A stretch of DNA of 63,671 bases, filler included, from Olpidium bornovanus S191 (lineage: Eukaryota; Fungi; Olpidiomycota): NCBI GenBank assembly GCA_017911155.1. It is 28 parts of 28 records of this genome, joined end to end, with 100 filler letters (N's around TTAATTAATTAA, not from the genome) between each part and the next. Parts side by side here need not be neighbours in the genome. Positions count along the whole stretch, not along the records: positions 32,952 to 36,381 come from JAEFCI010007568.1; positions 36,482 to 38,412 come from JAEFCI010010094.1; positions 38,513 to 39,716 come from JAEFCI010010156.1; positions 39,817 to 41,129 come from JAEFCI010012664.1; positions 41,230 to 44,125 come from JAEFCI010004407.1; positions 44,226 to 46,030 come from JAEFCI010008878.1; 22 more parts are not named here. One strand, written 5' to 3'. Positions 35,040 through 46,130 of this stretch are shown piece after piece. Both the position numbers and the translations under genes were made by a program. Below the pieces are notes generated by a model that ran no database searches, was not told the DNA's origin, and worked only from the letters and a program-made list of their open reading frames with translations. The number at the start of each line of letters is the position of its first letter. Position 1 is the stretch's first letter.

Positions 35040-36190
35040 TGGCAATGAAGCTAATATAGAGGTTTACTTTCACGACAGTGACCTTTACAAGATTTGCTCA
35101 ACGGATGTGAGACGTACGCCGCGGCGTGGATGCGGTGGTCGTGCACTTCGAAATCGTCAGTTCTATTGCGCGCCTACCCGTGAAGAAGAAACCGTGCTGC
35201 CTGACCATGGATGCAGGCGATGCGTTTCGACAAGTTTGACTTGCGCGTGACAGACGTCGTGCGGCGGCTGAGAGATCAGGGCGAAGAAAAACGCGCGGGA
35301 CTGGGAGGCAGGAGACGCGAAACGCTTTTTACTGCTCGCCTGTGTCCTCTTGCTCTGCTCAGCGACCGACACCCCGGGTTCGTCCTCGTTGGGGGACGCC
35401 AACGGAAAGCGGACAACGCCGACTTTCATCGCGACCGTCGGTGTGCTGGCGGGAGGTGGATGTCAGACGCCGTGCGGAGGCCGTCAGGGGGCATTGCCAA
35501 CGCTGAACTGCAGTGAGAACGGCCAAAGGAAGGAGGAAGATGGGGACGCCAACGGAAAGCGGAAGCGCTGGTTCTTAGCGATACCGTCAGCGTGCTGCAG
35601 AAGGTGGACGTCAAGCGCGCCGTGCGGATGCCGCCGGGGGACATTGCCAACGCTGAACTGCGTTGCGCGGGAAACCTGCCGAAGGACCTGCCAGAGGAAA
35701 GGGGAAATGGCATCCCAAACGCCACCCCAAGAGCGGGAGGAGAAAGGCCAACGCCCGCTTCAACTGCCGACGGCTGGGGCATTTCAAGAAGAACTGTCCA
35801 CAGAAGGGAAAAGGAGAGAACCGCCAAAAAGGTGGTGACGCGTCGAAGCTGCGGAAGGAGAGATTTGGCTACGCCAAGCTCGCGGATGAGCTGTGCGCGG
35901 AGGACGGATCTTCCGGCGTTAAGCGCAACGTGTTGATTACGGAGGACAACCGAGGCGGGAGGATCACGGCCGAGGATCCTATTCATCTCTCATGTTGGAA
36001 GCGTATCGATGGGAGACATCATTTCCTCAGGGAATGCGTGCGCCGACGTCGGATTCGCACCCAAACCTACCAAACAGAAATGAGGGCAGACGTCCTTACA
36101 AAAGCCCTGTTACGCATGATGCAATGCGTGCAATGGAACCTCGCGCAGGCAGGGAGCAGCCGCTTCCCCCGAGAGGGCGGCCGGACGTAG
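35040..36190 (+). mobile_element. Internally deleted Ty1/copia element: gag remnants and zinc knuckle fused to the RNase H C-terminal half
   Basis: DLLNGCETYAAAW (gag), RFNCRRLGHFKKNC (knuckle, 35757-35800) and EDNRGG...RIDGRHHFLRECV...MRADVLTKAL, followed by a purine-rich tract. Confidence 0.85.
35391..35661. repeat. 150-bp tandem duplication inside the copia remnant
   Basis: GGGGACGCCAACGGAAAGCGGA at about 35392 and 35542; CATTGCCAACGCTGAACTGC at 35492 and 35642. Confidence 0.88.
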
Positions 36191-37050
36191 GAAACGTTGA
36201 CGGGGCACTTTCGGCAAGACTTGCGCCACCGGGGCGCGTAGGAAGCATAGCGCATAAAATCATGGGTCTTCCCGTAGATCCCGTTCGAATGAATGGCCCC
36301 ACTCGCAGGCGAACGCTCCGCGCGCAAACCAAATACAAAGCTTTTAAGATGTGGCAGATAAAGACACGAGCGGTAGTGGCANNNNNNNNNNNNNNNNNNN
36401 NNNNNNNNNNNNNNNNNNNNNNNNNTTAATTAATTAANNNNNNNNNNNNNNNNNNNNNNNNNNNNNNNNNNNNNNNNNNNNCATGGACGCGTTGCTGGCG
36501 CTGCGCGATCCCCAGCTCGACCGGGTTCGGTCCATGCGCGGGAAAAGGTGCGAACAGCACGGGCGCGATCGGCGAAGGGGCAGAATTTTCTCAAAGGCGC
36601 GGCAAACGGCACCGGCAGTCCGCCGTCGTGGGATGAAGAATGAGCCTTTACGAAAAAAAAAAAAAGATCACAGCAAAAGTCTAGACCGCCGGGGGCGTTT
36701 CCTCTCTCTCTCTCTTTTTCTGACAAAGACGACAAACGAACGGCCGGGCAAATGAAAACGACGACGACAAACGGGACGGGAACGGACGTCGCCTCGACAA
36801 ACCGCTCGAAGGGTTTTTGACGCCGAGGCCAAAGTGCGGGAAGCGTTTCGGTGCCCTTGAGAGAAGTTGACACCTACGGGGCCCGGTAGGTTTTTGCGCA
36901 AGGTGACCGGAGCTGCTCTTTAGTTTTGCGCGGGGCGTAGAGTTTGGATTCTGCGTGCGGGGAAGGCGTCCGCTTGTTGCTCTCCCCGGATTGCGGTACA
37001 GCGCGGAACATCCAGGACACGCGGGCGATACCGGACACGAGAGGCGGAAA

Positions 37051-37201
37051 GACAAGACAAGACACGGAAAGGCAGGACAAGACAAGGAAAGACAAGACAA
37101 GACGCGGAAAGACAGACAAGACAAGACAGACAGGCTGCTGGGAGGAGGAGGAGGTAGAGGAGGAAACGTTTTTGTGATTATCTCTCGGCCTTTTCACTGC
37201 T

Positions 37202-37253
<52 letters not shown>

Positions 37254-37283
37254 TTTTCTCTCTCTCTCTCTTTCTCTCTCTCT
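37051..37283. repeat. Compound microsatellite: (GACAA)n-like 37051-37132, (GAG)n, then (CT)n 37201-37283
   Basis: Seen directly. Confidence 0.9.
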
Positions 37284-37862
37284 GGTGTGCGGCGCTTTTT
37301 CTTTTTCCTGTTTTTTACTGCGCCGTTGACGAAGAGAGGAAGTCTTGTTCTTTTATCGTTTATTGAGCTCAATGCAAGTAGGAAACGAGCGAAAGAGAGA
37401 AGAGAGGGAAGACAAAACGGGTGGGGGAGACAATTTTTAACCTGTACACCTGTGTTTCCCCTTCTGCAATTGTTATCGCATGTGTCCCCCGAAACGAAAA
37501 TTCCCCAAATTCAACTTTGTGATGCCAAATTATTTACAGTTTCAAGGCCTAATGCCGCCATCGATCCAACTTCTTGCTGCTCAATCCCATTGAAAGAACA
37601 TCAATGCTCCGAAAAAATCAGCTAATTTGAGGGAATCCAACTTGCGGTGACAGCCTGGAAGCTGGACGCCCGTCTGAAACCATTCACAATTGCTTCAGCC
37701 ATTGTAAGATTTGGGACGATCCCAACTGTAGCAATGTCTTTTGTGTTCTGGTTGTCGAGCGAACTAAAGGGATACAGGAAGGCGTGCTGTCTATATAGCA
37801 AAGCACACCCCTGGTCCGATAATTCGGGGTCAGACGGGCTCTAAAACCAAAAATGGGGAAAT

Positions 37863-38030
37863 TCAATTGTCCTGACGCCGCTTGAAGTTCGCGATGGTGT
37901 GCGACGCATTCGCAAGATTATGCGCCCGTTCTTATGAATTTTCCGATGAATCGAAACCCTTCCATTTGACCAAGTACTACACTTGACGATGATGTAGGCG
38001 GGCTTCGAAGACTCTTTCGACCTCCCACCC
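37863..38030 (-). mobile_element. Chromodomain remnant of a chromovirus-type gypsy integrase, with two premature stops
   Basis: WEVERVFEARLHHRQV*YLVKWKGFDSSENS*E..NL.NA..TIANF. Confidence 0.88.
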
Positions 38031-38077
38031 GCGCTCACCCGCGACCATTATTAAGCCGGGGCTGGGGTTGTCCCGGT

Positions 38078-38412
38078 TGTCACAGTCCAGACAGCCCCCG
38101 GATGTCTGGCCTGTGACACACACCCCTTGCCACGACAGCGTGGGAAGAGGTGAACCGTCATCCCCTAGACACTGGGCGCACACATGATAAGGAAACAGCA
38201 CACGGGAAACAGAGGGAACACGAAACAACCCACGTCCACGACACATGCGGAACAACCAGGAGGACTCGTCAGCAAAAACCAAAGGAGGAAGCATGGCAAT
38301 CAGGAGCGCGACAGTGGGCTATAAAAGGCGCAGCCGTCCCATAGACTTAGAAAGCTTCCTCACATCCCCAAAATATACACACAATTGTTAGCCCATTCGG
38401 TAGAAATTCGTC
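38078..38412 (+). mobile_element. Probable LTR (cut by the contig end) lying antiparallel upstream of the chromodomain
   Basis: Starts TGTCACAG; TATAAAAGG box at about 38320; no coding signal. Confidence 0.55.
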
Positions 38413-39213
38413 NNNNNNNNNNNNNNNNNNNNNNNNNNNNNNNNNNNNNNNNNNNNTTAATTAATTAANNNNNNNNNNNNNNNNNNNNNNNNNNNNNNNN
38501 NNNNNNNNNNNNCCATGTTCCCAAATTACCGGGGAGATCGTATTTTCATTTTCGCAGAATAATCATCGCGTTTAAACCGGCGCGCAATACATAGAACGTT
38601 AGGTCGTACGTACTGCAAAGACACACAGACACAGGTTTTGCAGACGGTTGGTCGAATCACGCGATAATCTGTACTTGCATATTACGCATTTTGCAATCGC
38701 CGCGCGGCGCATCGCTTCCTGTCAACGCACGGATTCGCCAATCTGCTTGCCTCGACGGCGGCGGGCCGGCAAATCCACCGGAACCGGGGCAACCCGCCGC
38801 TTTAGGCAGGGAACCCGGCGCAGTCGAGTTTTTGAACGTAGCGTTCCTGCCATCTTAGCACCACCGCATTCCTCCCAGGTCTCGCGTCCATCAGCTATTC
38901 CGCAGAAGTACTTTCAAACCGCAATCTCCGCTGCTGCGCCCTCTTTGCTGTGGGCAACCCCCAGGCACCTTGCGAATTCGTTTAAACGTCGGCGGGCAGT
39001 GAATAATCGCCACCCCAAATTCGTCCGTGCACCGTATCCGATTATTTGCCCGTGTAAATTCTATCTGTTGGCGGCGGTCGGCTCTACCAGCAAGCGGCTC
39101 CAGCCGCCGCGCCTCGCGATTATAACCGCAAAAGTCCGCCGCTCAACTTTCCCGCCTGTCCGGGTTCGGAGACCGCCACGCTCCCCGGCGTACCCCTCCA
39201 CCCGAAGATTCCA

Positions 39214-39651
39214 CTACGCGGCGGTCGGATCGACCGCGACGGTTCCGGCTGCGACAGGGTCTCCCACGGTCGCGAAGGCACCCTCCGCCACCGGGGCGGG
39301 CGGCGGACCCGCGCCGGCGATGCGCGCGGCGTTCTCGGAGAGGTGGTCTGAGTGCACGCTGCGGAGGTGCCGGTCCAAGTCGTATTTCCGCTTGAACGCG
39401 GCGTTGCAATCCCGTCCCGAGCATTTGAGCCGTCGCGCCTGGTTGCAGGCGTAGTCCGCACCCGTGATCAAATCGACGACAGTGCGCTCGGGCACGCGTT
39501 TCTTCCGGGGAGTTGGGTTTTCGTGAATCGTCCGGTTGTGCCGCGCGAGGGCGTGCTTGTAGCCGAATGCCTTGCCGCACGCTTCGACGGAACACTCGAA
39601 CGGCTTCAGGCCCTCGTGCTTCGCCTTGACGTGGCCCTTCATAATCTTCTC
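39214..39651 (-). CDS. C2H2 zinc-finger protein C-terminus, probably TFIIIA
   Basis: KPFECSVEACGKAFGYKHALARHNRTIH, spacer VVDLITGADY, then a final finger LKCSGRDCNAAFKRKYDLDRHLRSVH, the layout of fungal TFIIIA. Confidence 0.7.
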   Translation of the reverse strand, partial: EKIMKGHVKAKHEGLKPFECSVEACGKAFGYKHALARHNRTIHENPTPRKKRVPERTVVDLITGADYACNQARRLKCSGRDCNAAFKRKYDLDRHLRSVHSDHLSENAARIAGAGPPPAPVAEGAFATVGDPVAAGTVAVDPTAA

Positions 39652-40536
39652 CTTTTTATGCAACGAACGTAATTTTTCATTTTTCGCGTCGATTAAGCGG
39701 AGCAGTTAAAAAAAAANNNNNNNNNNNNNNNNNNNNNNNNNNNNNNNNNNNNNNNNNNNNTTAATTAATTAANNNNNNNNNNNNNNNNNNNNNNNNNNNN
39801 NNNNNNNNNNNNNNNNACATGCCACACCCAGCTGAAGGGCAATCCGGGACGCGTTCCAGAATGCCCTGCGGATTCTGGGGCCAGGCGCAGTGTGATCAAC
39901 AGCTCCGTGAATTCCTTGATATTGCGACAGCAACTTCCCCTGTTGAAGGCTGTATGAAGTATTGTAAATAACTACACTACCCAGCGAGGCATTACTTTTT
40001 TTATACCTGCCCGGCTTCAATTATGACGCATTGTATGGCGCGAAAGAAGCCGCAGTTTTTTGCGACGCGGTTTTACGACGCGGCGCAACGGGTGTTCGGC
40101 GTTCCGCGGAGGCCGTGCGATTTCAACACAACCCCCCGTTCCTTCAGGGCAACGCCGTCCGCCTTCTTCCCGAACCCGGCGCCGTCCTCTCCTCGGCTCG
40201 CCCCCGTTTGCGAGGACCCAACTTTGCGCGCGAATTGTCGTTCCCGACGACGCGCGCCAAATGGCTTCGTGCGCCCTGCCGCCGTTGCTCTACGACAGGA
40301 GCGAATACATAGAGACGGTAAGGCGTCCTCCGGAACGGGGTGGAACGTCCGTTCGGTGAGGACTTCTGCCGCCCCACGCGGGAACAGGGAAGTGGTGGCG
40401 TAGAGTGACGAACAGACTGAGAGGAGAACAGAGGCCGACGCGAAAATTTCGCGGCTAACCCGCCGGCTGCCTGGTTAATACGGGTTCGCCAGGACACCGG
40501 CAACAAAGTGAGCCGCCGTGCAGTGGTTTGCGGAAG

Positions 40537-40908
40537 TCAAAACATAGTACTCGGAGGAAAGGTCAGTGCGCTGTTGGCGGCGGAGCTCGTTTCCCAGTGA
40601 GCGTCAACATTTATTTTTCCGGGTCGGCCGGACCCTGACGAGTTGTACATGCTGAAAACTCCATATCTCGCTGCCAAAATTTCCCTCTTCGCTCTTAGAC
40701 TGTCGTACATCATGATTGCATCATCAGGGGCGACCTGCGGCGGGCGGGAGGTGGCCATGCGGTAGCTGTCGCGATCGGCCGGTACAGCTGGATCCAGAGT
40801 GGCTGTGTCATCAGGCCGCCGTTTAAGACGCATAAGGGGTGCGTTGCATTGGCCCAAGAAGCCTGGATATAGCACGTCTACGGGCACCTCCGCTGAGGTG
40901 TCGCGCAC
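40537..40908 (-). CDS. Possible terminal exon(s) of an unidentified gene
   Basis: Protein-like segment APDDAIMMYDSLRAKREILAARYGVFSMY. No family recognised. Confidence 0.25.
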   Translation of the reverse strand: MRDTSAEVPVDVLYPGFLGQCNAPLMRLKRRPDDTATLDPAVPADRDSYRMATSRPPQVAPDDAIMMYDSLRAKREILAARYGVFSMYNSSGSGRPGKINVDAHWETSSAANSALTFPPSTMF

Positions 40909-41229
40909 ATGTCATCAAGCTTCTCGTTGGTCACTCCTCACGTCGAAAATATCATACCGTTTAATATTGGCTGCTGGATATAACCAACAGTGTCTTCAGC
41001 TACTACCCAATGAAGATCGGAGATCACGTCTTCATTGGTCGGGATTCTGTTGTCGAAGCAGCCAGCATAGGGTCATATGTCCGGATCGGAAAGAATTGCG
41101 TGATTGTGAGCACCTGCAAATCCTGCATGNNNNNNNNNNNNNNNNNNNNNNNNNNNNNNNNNNNNNNNNNNNNTTAATTAATTAANNNNNNNNNNNNNNN
41201 NNNNNNNNNNNNNNNNNNNNNNNNNNNNN

Positions 41230-42430
41230 AGACGCCACCCGTCTTGGACGTCGACACGGAAGGGGAGTTCTTCCGGAGTCTTCCCATGGAGCTTCAACGA
41301 GAGGTCCTTGCAGAACAATCGCAAGGGGCGGAAGTCCTCACCGTGACGCTTGACGGAGGCTTCCTTGACGCTCTGCCGCCGGGAATACGTGAAGGGGGCT
41401 TGGCAGGTCAACGAGAAGAGCGCCAGCTCGCCAAGGCTGACCATGGGGGAGAGACGGGCGTTGGTCGAGTTTTGAAGGACGTGTCAGGGGGCGGGGGCAC
41501 TACGGGCCTGCGGACGGCAATCGGCACCGCCGAAGGGTCTTCTGGCGAAGAGGGACTACCGTTTAGGCTTCAACGCCTGCTGGACGAGCACGCCATGACG
41601 CCTGACGAGGAACCGCTGCCTGACGTGGTATACGCTGCTGGCCCACCCCCCAGGAAAGCGCCGACCGCTGATGAGAACAAAGAACGAATACGTGCTTTGG
41701 TGCGCGAGCAACGCGCTCAGGCTGCTGGGATACCCGTTCTGCGCGCGCCTGATTCGACCGCAAGGGAGCTGAAGGGGAAACGGCTGGCTTTCGGCAAAAA
41801 CCGGGGAAGGGAATCTACGAAGACCAGTGGGGACCCTGCGAGGGGAGCCTCGAAGGCTAGCGGAGCAGGGCGGAGCGGGACGAGGGACGGGACCGACCCG
41901 GCGACACCCTTGCGACTTTCGCGCAGGGCGGAGATGACGGGCAGAGGCCGAGATGGGGCCAAGCGGCTGATGGACTGACTAGCTAACCAAGGGCGGCTGG
42001 CGCGTGAACGAGCGACCGCCCAGGGCCGCAAGCTACCAGGCCCATACTTGTCATTCGCCGGGGAGCCTTCCAGCGAGAGCGAGAGCGAGAGCGAGAGCGA
42101 GAGCGATATAGGAGGCGGTGATGGGGCCGGGGATGGAGAGAAGGCCAGAAGGCGGGCTCGGTGTTCAGCGCCGACGACGATGGGGGCGATGATTCAGGGG
42201 GAGCTGAGATATTGCCCAGTCCACCCCCATTGTTGCGGCGGTCATCGAGGTTCGCTTCGAAGGGGGTCAGCGAGGGGACAAACGCGGAGAAATCGAGGAG
42301 CCGCCGCGAGGATGCCTCGCCGGGGCAAACGGACCCCCCCGCGGCTAAGCGTCGGCGCGCTGTAATGAAGGGAAACAAAGGGTACGAGGGGAAAACGGGA
42401 GAAACTGTGAGGAAAACAAAAACCGCGCAT
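41230..42430 (+). pseudogene. Decayed ORF with two UBM/DUF4414-like motifs and a low-complexity tail; one in-frame TGA (41976-41978) and a later frameshift
   Basis: EFFRSLPMELQREVLAEQ and LDGGFLDALPPGIREG; the frame continues past the TGA into LANQGRLARER...SESESE. Confidence 0.55.
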
Positions 42431-42487
42431 TAAATTCCAAAAACCGAGCATAGAATTCCAACTACTACAGAAGAGTGAGAGGCTGGT

Positions 42488-43050
42488 TGTCACGGTGCAG
42501 TTTTGTACTACACGTAGGCCTCTTCTTCCCCTCTCCTAAAAAAAAAACGCGTGCGAACCCACACGACAGGTAACCGACTCTTCTTTCTCTCTCTCCTTCC
42601 TCCCACTCTCTCTCCCGCCCACTCTTGACGCGCACTCCCGCACTCTCGACAATTACCGTCCCACGAATAAGAGGCCCTGTGCCGCCTTGAAAACCTGCCC
42701 ACCTTTGGTCTTAGTTATGCAATAGTTGGCGCTCCCGGGCAGGAAGGCATTCGTGTTGGGATTTACCGGGTGGGGTTACGCGTACCGGGATCGGAACCCC
42801 TGAATGTTTGTATATGTAGTATAGTTTTCCTCTTTTCTCAATAAACGCGTTCGCCTCAACGGCGAGAAAACCAAACAATTCGTAGGAACGGTTTAAGCGG
42901 CGAAGACAAGCGGCGACGACGAGCGACGGAAGACGAGCGACGGATGATGAGCGACAGACGACGAGCGACGGACGACGAGCGACGAGCGACGAGCGACGAG
43001 CGACGGGCGACGGGCGGTGACAACGGAAGACGACGGCGAGCGACAACGGC
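42488..43050 (+). mobile_element. LTR-like/5' untranslated region of a gypsy element, with (GACGAGC)n repeats at about 42915-43050
   Basis: Purine-rich tract followed by TGTCACGG at 42488; AATAAA at 42840; heptamer array; sits directly upstream of gag. Confidence 0.5.
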
Positions 43051-43162
43051 GGGCGACGGCGATAAGCTCAAGCGCCGTGGGAACGGGAGTGACGGATACG
43101 AAAGCGAAATCGAGAGCGGAGGAAGTAAGGGCGAGAGCAGCAGCTACAGGCGCAACGAGACC

Positions 43163-44125
43163 ATGGGATCTAGAGGAGAGGAGGTAGCATGGCGGGAACA
43201 CCCAACCTCGGCGTCAGACGGGGAATCCGAGGAGACCCCTATGGGGTTGAGGACGACTCGGCTGGGAGCAGAATCGAGTCAGGGTTCTAGGTCAACCCAA
43301 AGAGTCGAAGAGCTGCTCTTGGCAGCGCAATTGCATTTAGACAAAGCTCATCGACGAGATGAGATCAAAATGACACTGCGGGAATTCGTTGCCAAGAATG
43401 ATTATTTTCGCGTGAAGGACATAACGGCATATTTAATAAAGTTTGACCTGTACTTCCGGCCTTTAGATTTGTTGACCAGCGAGAAGAAGACCTTCTTATT
43501 CACGGTACACCCAGAATCAGACCAGCAAGTCCAAGATGTCCTGGTGGATCTAGAACCTACAGCGGAATGGTCGATATTCAAAGAAAAGTTGCGGGCGGAA
43601 TTTAATTTGGAAAATGAAAGTCGGATGACGCCCGCAGTTTTGCGTCTCTTTGAAAACAAATACAATGAACTGGATCCGCGGAGTCGACTTGCCTTCGCGG
43701 ACAAGCCTCGAGCGTATTTGGAATCCTTGCTGAAGGAATGGAAGGCCCTTATGTATGAGCGCTTGTGCGGGGACGGGAAACTCACAGAGGATTGGCAAAA
43801 GGTCAAGGAGATTGCTCGACATGAAAGAGGAGTAGCTCGGGAAAAAGCGACAGGGGCACAGTTTCTTCGGAACACTGTGAAAGCGAGAACGGTGGCTGAT
43901 GATGACAAGGGACCGACTGAAGTGGCAGACCCGATGAAAGCATTGACCAAACAAATGAACCAGTTGCGTCTCTTTCAGGCTTTGCTGGTGAAAGATTTGG
44001 ATGCGTTCCATCCTGTGCAACGAAGCGGGGAAAGCAAAGGGAGTCCGATGATGACAAGACCATCAATACCAATAGCTGTGGGTCCGCAGGGAAGCTCGCC
44101 GTTGAGGTGTCTTTGGTGTGACGAA
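43163..44125 (+). mobile_element. Ty3/gypsy-type Gag ORF, 3' truncated at the zinc knuckle
   Basis: Intronless with lower GC than host genes; F..KDITAYLIKFD, EWSIFKEKLRAEF, DPMKALTKQMNQLRL and RCLWCDE (start of a knuckle). Confidence 0.78.
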
Positions 44126-44381
44126 NNNNNNNNNNNNNNNNNNNNNNNNNNNNNNNNNNNNNNNNNNNNTTAATTAATTAANNNNNNNNNNNNNNNNNNN
44201 NNNNNNNNNNNNNNNNNNNNNNNNNGCATGGACTGCGTGCACTGTCGTGAATAACCGGGCTTCCGTGCGTTCGCTGATGTGCGTAACGGTTGGCGTTGTT
44301 TCCGTCTAAAACCATTGCGGGTTCCCATCGCATTTAGAACCCGGAAAGAGGCCCGAGGCTGTCCGCCAATTCGCGAGCGAG

Positions 44382-46030
44382 GTGTCAGGCAAATCCGCAC
44401 CTCGCAAAGCCCAATTTTCCAAGCACGTCGAGGTCCAAGAAACCACGCAGGTTTCTCCACCCGAGACCACACCACGCGGGCGCTTCGGACAATTTGGGGG
44501 GCAATACCTCCCCGAGGCTCTCGTGGAGGCCCACGCTGAGCTTGAGAAAGTTTTCACGGAAGCGGTTGCGGACCCCAAATTCTGGAAGGAGTTTCGTTCC
44601 TATTACCCCTTTATGGGCCGACCAAGCCAGCTTCAGTTCGCGGATCGACTCACGCAGCATGCAGGAGGGGCAAAGATCTGGCTGAAGAGGGAAGATCTGA
44701 ACCATACGGGGAGTCATAAAATAAACAATACAATCGGCCAGGTGGGTAATGCACTGCTCTCGTGGGCCTCGAAAACTAAGTCGCCGTTTATTTAGCTGTT
44801 TGCGATGGACTGTACATCAGATTTTGCTCGCGAAGCGCCTCGGCAAGCGGCGAATTATAGCCGAGACGGGTGCAGGACAGCACGGGGTCGCGACGGCGAC
44901 GGTTTGCGCAAAGTTCGGGTTCGACTGCGTCATATACATGGGCGCGGAGGACGTACGGCGCCAGGCACTGAATGTGTTCCGGATGCGCATGCTTGGTGCA
45001 ACGGTCGTTTCCGTCAAGAGTGGTGAGTGGCTGCCACAATGGAGCGTGACGTCGGACAGTTCTCGGACGGTCGTCCTTGGTAACTCTCGCATTTGTCGGC
45101 AGGCTCGCAGACGTTGAAGGACGCGATTAACGAGGCGATGCGGGATTGGGTGACCAATGTGCGCACGACGCATTATCTGGTTGGCTCCGCCATCGGACCG
45201 CACCCGTTCCCGACTCTGGTGCGCGAGTTTCAGTCCGTCATTGGCCGTGAATCGCTCGCCCAGTTCCGCGAGGCGACGGGAAAGCACCTCCCGAACGCCG
45301 TGGTCGCGTGCGTGGGCGGCGGCTCCAATTCCATCGGCCTGTTCCACGAGTACATCCCTTTGCCCGGTGTGCGAATTCTTGGCGTCGAGGCCGGTGGGGA
45401 GGGCACTGACACGGACCGGCACTCGGCGACGCTCATCAAGGGGAGGCCCGGGGTTCTGCACGGGACCAAAACGTATCTGCTCCAGGACAGGAAGGGGCAG
45501 ATCAAGGAAACGCATAGCATCAGCGCGGTAAGAGGGGGAAAGATAGGCCTCACTTCTCCACCCTCCCCTTAACGCCCGAAGGCGGATCTATATACTCGGC
45601 TTCGTTGGATTCTTAGCTAAAAAGTAGTTTCCGATGCTTGCTTCCGACGGAATTTCAGGGTCTGGATTACCCGGGCGTAGGCCCCGAGCACGCCTGGCTG
45701 AAAGACTCCGGCCGCGCGGAATACGTCGCGGTAACGGACGCTGAAGCTTTGGACGGCTTCCGGAAGCTGACGCAGCTGGAAGGGACGACGGATGCGGCGA
45801 CCGCGTCCAGTGCGCGTTGGGCTTCCTGGCGTGCCACACCTGTTCTGATACCTTTCCCTCCTTCCGCGTTGTTTGCTCCCGTCCAGGAATCATTCCGGCC
45901 CTGGAAAGCGCGCATGCCATCAGCGGTGCAATGAAGATCGCGGCGTCGATGACGCCGGAGGAGGACATCATTGTTTGCCTTTCCGGCCGCGGGGACAAGG
46001 ACGTGCATACGGTCGCGGAGCAGTTACCGA
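44382..46030 (+). CDS. TRP5: Tryptophan synthase, linker plus beta chain (fungal alpha-beta fusion type), truncated at both ends, four introns
   Basis: [29 protein letters not shown] (PLP lysine), [44 protein letters not shown] and LSGRGDKD. The frame stays open upstream through a linker-like segment. Confidence 0.96.
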
Positions 46031-46130
46031 NNNNNNNNNNNNNNNNNNNNNNNNNNNNNNNNNNNNNNNNNNNNTTAATTAATTAANNNNNNNNNNNNNN
46101 NNNNNNNNNNNNNNNNNNNNNNNNNNNNNN

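Noticed and set aside
37703-37807. Short 3' LTR after the chromodomain (AGGGG-TGTG...CTTACA on the minus strand)
   Set aside because: Plausible ends, but no second copy in the window to confirm the boundaries.
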